Shown here: one piece after another, positions 30,465-38,625 of the stretch
Position numbering within the stretch: the stretch's first letter is position 1
Layout: each line of letters begins with the position of its first letter
Assembly (NCBI GenBank): GCA_049969675.1
Contig: JBMFOP010000018.1
Location: 1-38,625 of the forward strand
Direction: 5' to 3'
DNA length: 38,625 bases
From: Myxococcota bacterium
GTDB taxonomy: Bacteria > Myxococcota > SpSt-1050
Made by a program: the position numbers and the translations under genes
Notes under the pieces: generated by a model
What the model saw: only the letters and a program-made list of their open reading frames with translations
Told to the model about the DNA's origin: nothing
The model's database searches: none

Positions 30465-30849
30465 GCAGTCACCACCTCCGCACAAGAAGGAGAGATTCTT
30501 ATCTGCAATTGCAAATGCGGCTCTATCAAAGAATGCTCAGGATATTCTCTTATTGGATGTGAGTGAGCTGGTCTCATACACAGATTATATAATGATATGC
30601 ACAGGAAATTCTGATAGACAGATATGTGCAATAGCCGATGAGATAGAGAAGGAGGCCGCAAAGTTCAATGAAAAGCCATTCTCCGTTGAGGGGTATGAGA
30701 GAGGTTACTGGGTGATAATAGACTTTGTAGATACAGTGGTTCATATATTTCAGAGAGAGCCACGGGAGTTTTATAATCTTGAAGGGCTTTATATGGAGGC
30801 AAGACGGATTGATATATTATCAAAGACTCAGGGAAAGAGAGAGATGTGA
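30436..30849 (+). CDS. rsfS: Ribosome silencing factor RsfS
   Basis: KNAQDILLLDV…YTDYIMICTGNSDRQICAIAD…WVIIDFVDTVVHIF…REFYNLEGLY; start placed at TTG 30436 behind GGAGG. Confidence 0.92.
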   Translation: MIQKRKRKSKQSPPPHKKERFLSAIANAALSKNAQDILLLDVSELVSYTDYIMICTGNSDRQICAIADEIEKEAAKFNEKPFSVEGYERGYWVIIDFVDTVVHIFQREPREFYNLEGLYMEARRIDILSKTQGKREM

Positions 30850-31286
30850 AAATAGTCATTTTCTCCTTTGAAAAGATAGACCGTTCTCCATTTGAAGAGA
30901 TAATTAAAGAATACAAAATAAGGGTTGCACATAGATTCGTTATAGAAGAGAGAGTTATTAAATCTAAAAAGGAGGATATCTCAGCACAGATTGACTCCCT
31001 TTTGAACAAATATGATAATGCCTTTATATGTGTGCTTGACGAGAACGGTAAGAAAATTTCCACTACCGATTTTGCCGATATGCTAATTAAATTGGAACAG
31101 AACCACAAAAGGATAATCTTCCTGATTGGCCCACCAGATGGATTTCTTAAACCCATCAGGTTCAGATACGATATGATTTTATCTCTTTCCCATATGACCT
31201 TTTCACACCAGATAGCCCGTCTCCTGCTATACGAACAGATATACCGTGTGTATTGCGCAATCACAGGGCATCCGTATAATAAATAG
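30846..31286 (+). CDS. rlmH: 23S rRNA (pseudouridine1915-N3)-methyltransferase RlmH
   Basis: LDENGK, FLIGPPDG, LSLSHMTFSHQIARLLLYEQIYR…GHPY; conserved rsfS-rlmH order with GTGA overlap. Confidence 0.93.
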   Translation: MKIVIFSFEKIDRSPFEEIIKEYKIRVAHRFVIEERVIKSKKEDISAQIDSLLNKYDNAFICVLDENGKKISTTDFADMLIKLEQNHKRIIFLIGPPDGFLKPIRFRYDMILSLSHMTFSHQIARLLLYEQIYRVYCAITGHPYNK

Positions 31287-31313
31287 TTCTCTGAGGCCAT
31301 ATAAATCTCTTTC

Positions 31314-31589
31314 TAACATATTTGCGTATTCTTTTGATTTTATTGAAGTGAGATACTCAAATCTCTCCAAAATAGATTTTAATGGGAATATCCCCATACG
31401 GGCTTATGCCTGAACGGCACGAGGCTTCACTTCGTTCAGCCATTATGCCTATACGGCACTTGTGGTTTTGTGTTATTTTTATAGTGCTGTGCTTTCGCAA
31501 ATGCACAAAAGAATCATCAATAACTGCTTCAACGCATCGCTTTAGCATTGGGATATAAAATCAATAAATCAAAATGAATTTATGCGTTA
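31314..31589. repeat. ~275-bp element with long imperfect terminal inverted repeat enclosing the dispersed hairpin repeat
   Basis: GCGTATTCTTTTGATTTTATTGA (31324-31346) pairs with TCAATAAATCAAAATGAATTTATGC (31561-31585); core 31419-31518 homologous to 8514-8613. Confidence 0.65.
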
Positions 31590-31965
31590 CTTAAACCTGC
31601 ATCTGTTCACTTAAATAAAACCCCAATTCATATGTTTTACCTCTTACCTCTCACATCTAATCTTTTGGTAGTATTTCAACACTTTTCTATACCAACTCCT
31701 CACCCTTCAATATTCTCTACATATCCCGCAATTACTTTCCTTACTCATAATAATTTTACATTACAAACTAATAATGAAAGATATTCCGATATGAATTTAA
31801 TGAGGCTGGATGATTATTAGTATAGGCACTGAGCAAGGAAATAAGTGATAACTATCATGCCGTGATAATCATAATGTATTTGAATAATTTTAATGGTAGG
31901 GCTCCATTTGTGAAATTGAGACATAGCCTTATATTCGTGGACTTAAAAAATTTTATTGTGGGGGG

Positions 31966-31994
31966 TTGACACAAAGAAATAGAGTGATTATTTT
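31966..31994 (+). promoter_or_regulatory. Putative sigma70 promoter of groES-groEL
   Basis: TTGACA-17 nt-TATTTT; AGGAGG RBS before groES. Confidence 0.55.
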
Positions 31995-32060
31995 TGCTAC
32001 GCTTACTGAGTATGTAAAGGGTTTTTTGGTAGTAATAATTTATTTTCAGGAGGTAAAGAG

Positions 32061-32351
32061 ATGAAGATCAGACCGTTACACGACAGAGTATTGGTAAAGA
32101 GGCTCTCCGAAGAGGAGAAGACAAAAGGCGGTATTATTATCCCGGATACCGCAAAAGAGAAACCCATTCAGGGCAAGGTGGTTGCCGTCGGGAATGGTAA
32201 GAAGACAGATGACGGGAAGCTTCTCCCGCTGGATGTAAAGGAAGGGGATACCATCCTCTTTTCTAAGTATGCGGGAAATGAGATCAAGATAGACGGCGAA
32301 GAGTATCTAATTATGCAGGAATCAGAGATACTTGGAATTATTGAGAAGTAA
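32061..32351 (+). CDS. groES: Co-chaperonin GroES
   Basis: [14 protein letters not shown]…[16 protein letters not shown]. Confidence 0.99.
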   Translation: MKIRPLHDRVLVKRLSEEEKTKGGIIIPDTAKEKPIQGKVVAVGNGKKTDDGKLLPLDVKEGDTILFSKYAGNEIKIDGEEYLIMQESEILGIIEK

Positions 32352-32366
32352 GAAGGAGGATTTAAT

Positions 32367-34007
32367 ATGTCAGCAAAGATGTTAATTTTTGGCGATGATG
32401 CAAGTCAGGAACTATTAAAGGGTGTAACCATCCTTACGGAGGCAGTAAGGAGTACATTGGGACCAAGAGGTAGAAATGTCATTATTGACAAATCCTTTGG
32501 TTCCCCTGTTGTTACAAAGGACGGTGTAACAGTTGCAAAGGAGATTGAACTTGAGAACAAGTGGCAGAATATGGGCGCCCAGATGGTCAAAGAGGTTGCC
32601 TCAAAGACGAGCGATGTAGCAGGCGATGGAACTACCACTGCAACAGTCCTTGCACATGCGATCTACAAGGAAGGTCTCAAATTCGTTGCAGCGGGTCATA
32701 ATCCTATGGATCTGAAAAGAGGGATTGATAAAGGTGTGGAGGCAGTGGTTGAGGAACTTGGAAAGATGAGTAAGGATTGCAGAGATAAGAAGGAGATAAG
32801 CCATGTGGGAACCATCTCTGCAAACGGCGATGAGGCAATTGGAAAGATTATAGCAGATGCAATGGATAAGGTAGGCAAAGAGGGTGTGATAACCGTTGAG
32901 GAGGCAAAAGGGATAGAGACCGTCCTCGAGCATGTTGAAGGTATGCAGTTTGACAGAGGGTATATCTCACCTTATTTCGTCACAAATCCAGAGAAGATGG
33001 AGGCCGTCCTTGAAGACCCATATATACTTATCCACGAGAAGAAACTCTCCGCAATGAAGGACCTCATACCGATACTTGAGGCAGTTGCAAGGTCTGGTAA
33101 GCCATTGTTGATAATTGCTGAGGATGTAGAGGGCGAGGCACTGGCTACACTGGTAGTCAATAAACTCAGAGGGACTCTACAGTGCTGTGCAGTCAAGGCA
33201 CCGGGCTTTGGGGACAGAAGAAAGGCTATGCTTGAGGATATAGCAATTCTAACCGGTGGAAAGATGATTGCAGAGGAACTCGGAATTCAACTTGAAAAGA
33301 TAACCCTCTCCGACCTTGGAAGGGCAAAGAAGGTAATAGTTGACAAAGAGAATACTACCATTGTTGAGGGAGCGGGCAAGACAGCTGATATAAAGGGCAG
33401 AATTGAGACAATAAAGGCTCAGATCAAAGACACCACATCTGATTACGACAGAGAGAAACTTCAGGAAAGACTTGCAAAGCTCTCTGGCGGTGTGGCGGTA
33501 ATCAGAGTTGGCGCTGTTACAGAGGCTGAGATGAAGGAGAAGAAGGCGAGAGTGGAAGATGCACTGCATGCAACAAGGGCCGCAGTTGAAGAAGGTATTG
33601 TGCCCGGTGGTGGTGTGGCCCTCTTAAGATGCCAGAAGGCACTGGATAAGGTAAAGGTCCCGGAGGAGCAGAAGGTAGGTCTCCAGATTCTCAAAAAGGC
33701 ACTTGAAGAGCCAATGAGATGGATTGCAAATAATGCAGGACTGGATGGGACAATAGTTGTTGAAGAGGTCAAGAAGCACGAAGGGAATTACGGATATAAT
33801 GCCGCTACCGAAAAGTATACAGACCTTGTTGAAGATGGAGTTATTGACCCAAAGAAGGTAGTAAGAATCGCCCTTCAGAACGCCGCATCTGTTGCTGGAC
33901 TTATGCTCACCACAACCTGTATGATAACAGAGAAGCCCGAGAAGAAAGAGTCAAAGATGCCAGGTGGAATGCCGGGCGGTGGATACGGCGGGTATGACGA
34001 GTATTAA
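32367..34007 (+). CDS. groEL: Chaperonin GroEL
   Basis: [36 protein letters not shown]-type tail. Confidence 0.99.
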   Translation: MSAKMLIFGDDASQELLKGVTILTEAVRSTLGPRGRNVIIDKSFGSPVVTKDGVTVAKEIELENKWQNMGAQMVKEVASKTSDVAGDGTTTATVLAHAIYKEGLKFVAAGHNPMDLKRGIDKGVEAVVEELGKMSKDCRDKKEISHVGTISANGDEAIGKIIADAMDKVGKEGVITVEEAKGIETVLEHVEGMQFDRGYISPYFVTNPEKMEAVLEDPYILIHEKKLSAMKDLIPILEAVARSGKPLLIIAEDVEGEALATLVVNKLRGTLQCCAVKAPGFGDRRKAMLEDIAILTGGKMIAEELGIQLEKITLSDLGRAKKVIVDKENTTIVEGAGKTADIKGRIETIKAQIKDTTSDYDREKLQERLAKLSGGVAVIRVGAVTEAEMKEKKARVEDALHATRAAVEEGIVPGGGVALLRCQKALDKVKVPEEQKVGLQILKKALEEPMRWIANNAGLDGTIVVEEVKKHEGNYGYNAATEKYTDLVEDGVIDPKKVVRIALQNAASVAGLMLTTTCMITEKPEKKESKMPGGMPGGGYGGYDEY

Positions 34008-34041
34008 TACCGATTAGCGGTCTGAATAATTTGTATCCCTG

Positions 34042-34068
34042 AGGCAGGCAATTTTGCCTGCCTTTTTT
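34042..34068 (+). terminator. Rho-independent terminator of groESL
   Basis: AGGCAGGCA / TGCCTGCCT stem followed by a T-run. Confidence 0.88.
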
Positions 34069-34168
34069 ATTTTAATTAAGGACAGATTAAAGATTGAATC
34101 TGTTTTGTCTTGATTTAATCTAAATTAGTGGCTATTGAGATGTAATCATTGACTGGTAAGGAGGTTTT

Positions 34169-34330
34169 ATGAAGAAGTATAAATGTAATGTGTGTGGATA
34201 TATATACGACCCACAAAAGGGAGACCCCGATGGAGGTATAAAGCCCGGTACCCCATTTGAGGAGATCCCGGATGACTGGGTCTGTCCGGTCTGCGGTGCA
34301 GGTAAAGATATGTTTGAGGCGGTGGAATAG
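34169..34330 (+). CDS. Rubredoxin (53 aa; below the ORF-track cutoff)
   Basis: [63 protein letters not shown] with two CxxCG motifs. Confidence 0.97.
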   Translation: MKKYKCNVCGYIYDPQKGDPDGGIKPGTPFEEIPDDWVCPVCGAGKDMFEAVE

Positions 34331-34332
34331 AA

Positions 34333-35511
34333 ATGGCATTCAGGAAAATTTCAGAGAGAATTTATTGGGTTGGGTCAATTGATTGGGATAGAAGGTTATT
34401 TGATGAACTAATTCCTCTTCCCATGGGGACTACTTATAACTCATACCTCATTAGAGGAGAGAAGAATGTACTGATAGATACTGTAGATCCCTCAAAGGCT
34501 TCAGAGTTATTTGAAAATCTAAAACTGCTCGGAATTGAGAAGATTGATTATATAGTCTGTCAACACGCAGAGCAGGACCATTCTGGCTCAATCCCATTGG
34601 TATTGGAGAGATTCCCAGGCTCAAGGGTCATTACAAATGAAAAATGTAGAGACCTCCTAATTGAGCACATCGGCATTAAGGGTGAAGATGTAGTTGTTGT
34701 AAAGGATGAGGAGGAGTTTCAGGCTCCAGATATTACACTAAAATTCCTATTAGCCCCGTGGGTTCACTGGCCCGAGACGATGCTCACATATTTTCCCGAA
34801 GAGAAGACACTATTTACCTGCGATATGTTCGGCTCCCACCTTGCATCACATATACTCTACTCTGATGAAGATGAGAGGTTCAGGCTTGCACTTAAGAGAT
34901 ATTTTGCTGAGATAATGCTCCCATTCAGGGCTAATATTAGAAAACATCTTGATAGGATATCTGCATATAAAGTTGATAAAATCCTTCCAGGCCATGGTCT
35001 GGTGCACCGCAAACCCGAGATAGCAATCTCTTACTATAGAGAGTGGTCCTCAGATGACCTCAAACCGCTTGTAATCATTCCTTATGTCTCAATGCACGAT
35101 AGCACAGAAGGGATGGTCAGATTTCTTGAATCCGAACTAAATAGAAGAGGGATTGGGGTAGTTCCTATTAATCTTGCAGAATCCGATATTGGTGAATTTG
35201 CTATGTATCTTCTGGAGGCGTCAACTGTAATATTCGGTGCACCAACTGTACTGGCTGGACCTCACCCCATTGTGGCTTATGCGGCAATGATACTAAATGC
35301 ACTGAGACCCGCAACCAGATTTGTGGGATTTATCGGTTCTTACGGATGGGGTGGAAAGACAGAGGAGATATTAAAATCGTTGATTTCAAATCTAAGATAT
35401 ACAGATGCAGGCACAGTATTTATAAAGGGTGTTTTGAAAGAGGAAGGTAGAGCGAGACTATCCTCACTCGCAGATAAGATATTGGAACTCAACAATCTTA
35501 AAAAGGAGTAA
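34333..35511 (+). CDS. fprA: Flavodiiron protein (class A flavoprotein, O2/NO reductase)
   Basis: GTTYNSYLI, HAEQDHSGS, WVHWPETM, CDMFG, PGHG, C-terminal flavodoxin domain (GSYGWGG). Confidence 0.93.
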   Translation: MAFRKISERIYWVGSIDWDRRLFDELIPLPMGTTYNSYLIRGEKNVLIDTVDPSKASELFENLKLLGIEKIDYIVCQHAEQDHSGSIPLVLERFPGSRVITNEKCRDLLIEHIGIKGEDVVVVKDEEEFQAPDITLKFLLAPWVHWPETMLTYFPEEKTLFTCDMFGSHLASHILYSDEDERFRLALKRYFAEIMLPFRANIRKHLDRISAYKVDKILPGHGLVHRKPEIAISYYREWSSDDLKPLVIIPYVSMHDSTEGMVRFLESELNRRGIGVVPINLAESDIGEFAMYLLEASTVIFGAPTVLAGPHPIVAYAAMILNALRPATRFVGFIGSYGWGGKTEEILKSLISNLRYTDAGTVFIKGVLKEEGRARLSSLADKILELNNLKKE

Positions 35512-35515
35512 AAAT

Positions 35516-36004
35516 ATGTCAGTAGTTATTGAAAAGAGGGATATCCTCAATATAGCGGTCAGGATTGAGGAGAATGGAGAGAGGTTTTATAGAGAGGCGG
35601 CAGAGAAGGCAGCCTTTTACGAACTAAAAGAACTCTTAAATGTGCTTGCAAGGGATGAGGTGAGGCACAAAGAGACTTTTACAAAAATGCTTGAAAATCT
35701 ACATCCATCAGGCGAACCTCTGAGTGATGAATATCAGAATTATCTAAAGGCTTATACCGAGAGGCTAATCTTCTCCGTTGATTCAAAGGACTTCATTGAA
35801 AAGATGAAGAACTTTGACCAACTCTGGGCGCTTGATTTTGCGATTCAGAGGGAGCTTGATTCAATTCTATACTATTATGAACTAAAAAATATCGTTGCCA
35901 GAAATGATCATCAGATAATAGATAAGATAATTTCGGAGGAGAGGTCACATTTTGAGAAACTCTCCAGGATAAAAAGCATCATAATAACAGATAACAGGAG
36001 GTAA
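35516..36004 (+). CDS. Ferritin-like diiron (rubrerythrin-domain) protein
   Basis: AVRIEENGERFY, DEVRH, AIQRELDSILYY, EERSH: paired ExxH motifs; no C-terminal rubredoxin domain. Confidence 0.88.
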   Translation: MSVVIEKRDILNIAVRIEENGERFYREAAEKAAFYELKELLNVLARDEVRHKETFTKMLENLHPSGEPLSDEYQNYLKAYTERLIFSVDSKDFIEKMKNFDQLWALDFAIQRELDSILYYYELKNIVARNDHQIIDKIISEERSHFEKLSRIKSIIITDNRR

Positions 36005-36008
36005 TATT

Positions 36009-36503
36009 ATGTTGTCTGGAACACTTGAAGAGGAACTTAATAAACAGATTAATGAAGAGTTATTTTCGGCATACCTATATTTTGCTATGTCGGCTCACTT
36101 TGAGGCGGAGAACTGGAAGGGGTTTGCCTCGTGGCTCTGGATTCAGGGTCTGGAGGAGCTGACACACGCAGAAAAATTTTATAAATTTATCATTGAGAGA
36201 GGTGGGAGAGTAGAGCTCCTTCCTATTGAGAAGCCTCAGAGAGAGTGGAAGAACGCCCTAACTGCATTTGAGGAAGGGCTAAATCATGAGCAGCATATAA
36301 CCAGCAGGATAAATTACCTGATGGACCTTGCAATAAAAGAGAAGGATTATCCAACTCAGAGTATGCTTAAATGGTTTATAGATGAGCAGGTAGAGGAAGA
36401 GGCGAACTTCTCAGAGATAGTCTCAAAACTCAAGATGATTGAGGACTCACCGAGGGCGCTGTTTTATCTGGACCACGAACTCTCAAAGAGAAAGTCAAAT
36501 TAA
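36009..36503 (+). CDS. ftnA: Non-heme ferritin
   Basis: LNKQINEELFSAYLY, EELTHA, HEQHIT, LKWFIDEQVEEE ferroxidase centre. Confidence 0.93.
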   Translation: MLSGTLEEELNKQINEELFSAYLYFAMSAHFEAENWKGFASWLWIQGLEELTHAEKFYKFIIERGGRVELLPIEKPQREWKNALTAFEEGLNHEQHITSRINYLMDLAIKEKDYPTQSMLKWFIDEQVEEEANFSEIVSKLKMIEDSPRALFYLDHELSKRKSN

Positions 36504-36551
36504 AAATCACTTATAGTCAAAACCCTCTTTTATAATTTTAGAGATTCTGCT

Positions 36552-36575
36552 CCTGATTCGGCATAGCCGAAACCA
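36552..36575 (-). repeat. Copy of dispersed hairpin repeat, module 2
   Basis: Reverse complement TTTCGGCTATGCCGAATCAGG is 18/21 identical to 8538-8558; 20/23 identical to 4714-4736. Confidence 0.6.
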
Positions 36576-36842
36576 AAATACTTATAAAACATTCTGCACC
36601 TTTTTCATAGAAGTTACTATTAAAGAATCTAAAAAGACTCTACAATGGAATTAAGGTTCATAAGAGGGTGCGATTGGTAACCTGAATTTATTCTGAATAG
36701 ATGTGGTCTATCATCAACCAAAATAACCGTTGCATTCGGGCGTCTGTTTAGCGATATTAACTCTTTATACTCCTGTATATCCAATCTGAGGTATCTCTAT
36801 CTTTTGACCTACAATTATCATTACAAATTTTCCTATTTTTCC

Positions 36843-36871
36843 TTGACTATGGGCTATCCGTATAATAGTAT
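36843..36871 (+). promoter_or_regulatory. Putative sigma70 promoter giving a ~175-nt leader to the NusG paralog
   Basis: TTGACT-17 nt-TAGTAT. Confidence 0.45.
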
Positions 36872-37050
36872 AACCAATCAATAAAACTCCCCATATTTGG
36901 GGCTAATTTATTGATATGTTTGAAAAATTTGGACTTTTTATGTGAACCCGACGGGGACGGAGTGTAAGCAGAGCATATGGCATGGTTGAAGAGGATGTCT
37001 CTTTTGAGTTGTTTGAAAGAATTCTTTGAGACAATCAAATTAGAATAAAA

Positions 37051-37545
37051 ATGTTACCTGATGTCAAGGATTGGGCTGTCATTCATACACATTCAAGGTG
37101 TGAAAAGGTGATTGCCGATTTCTTATCAGAAAATAATATCAGATACTATCTCCCACTTTATAAGAAGAGGCGAAGATACGGCAGGCATATAAGAGAATCA
37201 ATGCTCCCACTATTTCCGGGATATCTATTTTATGACTATGAGGCAATATCTCGTCCCCTTCTATATAAGACCCACAAAATAGCAAGAATCATTGTGGTAG
37301 AGGATAAAGAGAGATTACATAAGGAACTTGAAAATATAGATAGGGCACTATCCTCCGGAGAATTATTTGATAGAGCGGACTTTAAGACACCCGGCAGGAG
37401 TGTGGTGGTGGTGGAGGGACCCCTCAAAGGGGTAGAGGGAGAGATTTTGAAGAAGAAGAATCATACAAAACTGATAATTAAAATACATATACTCGGTATG
37501 GCGGTTGAAACCGACATAGATGAGGCTTATGTAAAGCTCTTATGA
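37051..37545 (+). CDS. Specialised NusG paralog (UpxY/RfaH/TaA-like transcription antiterminator)
   Basis: WAVIHTHSRCEK, YYLPL, PLFPGYLF (NGN domain), GRSVVVVEGPLKGVEG (KOW); not in the secE-nusG-rplK context. Confidence 0.9.
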   Translation: MLPDVKDWAVIHTHSRCEKVIADFLSENNIRYYLPLYKKRRRYGRHIRESMLPLFPGYLFYDYEAISRPLLYKTHKIARIIVVEDKERLHKELENIDRALSSGELFDRADFKTPGRSVVVVEGPLKGVEGEILKKKNHTKLIIKIHILGMAVETDIDEAYVKLL

Positions 37546-37560
37546 TTGAAGGACTTATGA

Positions 37561-37869
37561 TTGGTTATGAGAGAGTTACACTTTAAGGAGTTTCTTAATA
37601 AAAAGTATCTCTTCTGGGATATAGAGCCAGAAAAAGTGGATTTAGAAAGACATAAAAAATTTATTATAGCAAGAAGCCTTAGATTTGGTTTGGTTGAGGA
37701 TATAAAATTTGTTTTCAATCACTTCTCTATCGCGGAGATAATAAATGTGGTTAAAACTTCAAGATCGCTTGACAGAAAGACAGCGAATTTCTGGGCATTA
37801 TATTTTGGAATAAAGAAGGAGGATATATATTGTTTGAGAGAGCAGTTTCAGCAGAGTTGCTTCTACTGA
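37561..37869 (+). CDS. DUF6922-like putative antitoxin
   Basis: YLFWDIEPEKVDLERHKKFIIARSLRFG…FWALYF pattern; overlaps the downstream nucleotidyltransferase; start may be ATG 37567. Confidence 0.72.
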   Translation: MVMRELHFKEFLNKKYLFWDIEPEKVDLERHKKFIIARSLRFGLVEDIKFVFNHFSIAEIINVVKTSRSLDRKTANFWALYFGIKKEDIYCLREQFQQSCFY

Positions 37870-38462
37870 TAGACGAACTCTCAAAGAATGCGATAATAAG
37901 GGAATTTTATCTCGCTGGTGGTACCGGGCTGGCATTACATCTCGGACACAGAAAGAGTATGGATCTGGATTTATTCAGCCAGGCTATACCTGATATGAAT
38001 GGGATAAGGGAGGTTATCAGAGAATTAAGTGGTGGTATTGTAGAGGAAAGAAGAGGTACAATCCATTCTCTGATTAGGAATATAAAGGTATCATTCTTCT
38101 ACTATCCTTATCCACTCCTTGAGGAGACTGCAGATTTCAGGGGATTGAGAGTTGCCAGGATCACAGATATAGGCTGTATGAAAATAATAGCAATCTCACA
38201 GAGAGGAGAGAAGAAAGATTTCATTGACCTTTATGAGATACTGAAGATAAAAGATATAAGTAAGATGAAAGAGAATCTGATTAAAAAGTATGGAGAGAAT
38301 GAGCTCAATTGTTATCATATATTGAAATCTCTATTTTATTTTGAGGACGCAGAGAATGACATAGACCCTGAGATGTTTGTTGAAACAAGGTGGGAGGATG
38401 TTAAGAGTTATTTTCTGATGAAGAGAAACGAGATAATTGAGCTCTGTGAGTTTAATCTATAA
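37830..38462 (+). CDS. AbiEii/AbiGii-family nucleotidyltransferase toxin (type IV TA)
   Basis: FYLAGGTGLALHLGHRKSMDLDLF, MKIIAISQRGEKKDFIDLY, KSLFYFEDA. Confidence 0.88.
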   Translation: MFERAVSAELLLLIDELSKNAIIREFYLAGGTGLALHLGHRKSMDLDLFSQAIPDMNGIREVIRELSGGIVEERRGTIHSLIRNIKVSFFYYPYPLLEETADFRGLRVARITDIGCMKIIAISQRGEKKDFIDLYEILKIKDISKMKENLIKKYGENELNCYHILKSLFYFEDAENDIDPEMFVETRWEDVKSYFLMKRNEIIELCEFNL

Positions 38463-38625
38463 AACGACTAATTAAAGGATGCCTCTGAAATACGATTTTA
38501 ATAGAATTGAAAAGTATGCAAGGATGATACACCCTATCGCCAGTTTTAGAGACTTTATTGTAAAAATATTAGCAAAATTTGCAAAAAATGACTATAAAGT
38601 AATTAGATGCAGAAAAGAGAGAATA

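Noticed and set aside
31632..31820. 62-aa ORF upstream of groES, and similar short intergenic ORFs at 4584-4769, 31357-31548 and 36847-37038
   Set aside because: Atypical composition, no RBS seen; some overlap the repeat elements or promoters
31823..31990. CIRCE/HrcA operator upstream of groES (TAGGCACTG…AAGTGATAA; TTGACACAA…GAGTGATTA)
   Set aside because: Half-sites are degenerate and spacers are 11 and 7 nt rather than 9
34125..34155. Fur/PerR box upstream of rubredoxin (ATTGAGATGTAATCATT)
   Set aside because: Weak palindrome in AT-rich DNA; cannot be supported without a position weight matrix
34115..34339. 74-aa minus-strand ORF
   Set aside because: Antisense shadow of the rubredoxin gene

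Overview
A 38.6-kb AT-rich bacterial chromosomal window. Gene content (Cys-rich Kazal/antistasin surface protein, stand-alone SWIB protein, rubredoxin-FprA-ferritin cluster) and E/K/I-rich proteins suggest a low-GC, possibly thermophilic and anaerobic Myxococcota/deltaproteobacterium; this assignment is inference. Recognisable loci: secreted M1 metallopeptidase, two frameshifted exported-protein genes, OPA-family MFS transporter, orphan beta-class DNA methyltransferase, 791-aa Cys-rich protein, MarR-TolC-MFP-RND efflux operon, internally deleted IS1634-like element, Ski2/HelY-like helicase, LarA-family protein, SWIB protein, TetR-MMPL-LolA-like-beta-barrel operon, GH99/WbsX-like + radical SAM-SPASM + Maf operon, rsfS-rlmH, groES-groEL, rubredoxin (absent from the ORF track)-fprA-ferritin-like-ferritin, and a specialised NusG paralog followed by a DUF6922/AbiEii-type toxin-antitoxin pair. 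The least-explained signal is non-coding: a family of modular, hairpin-rich dispersed repeats in at least five intergenic regions (about 4.7, 8.5-8.8, 15.85, 31.3-31.6 and 36.55 kb), with conserved spacing and compensatory stem changes. No CRISPR array, tRNA or rRNA was seen.
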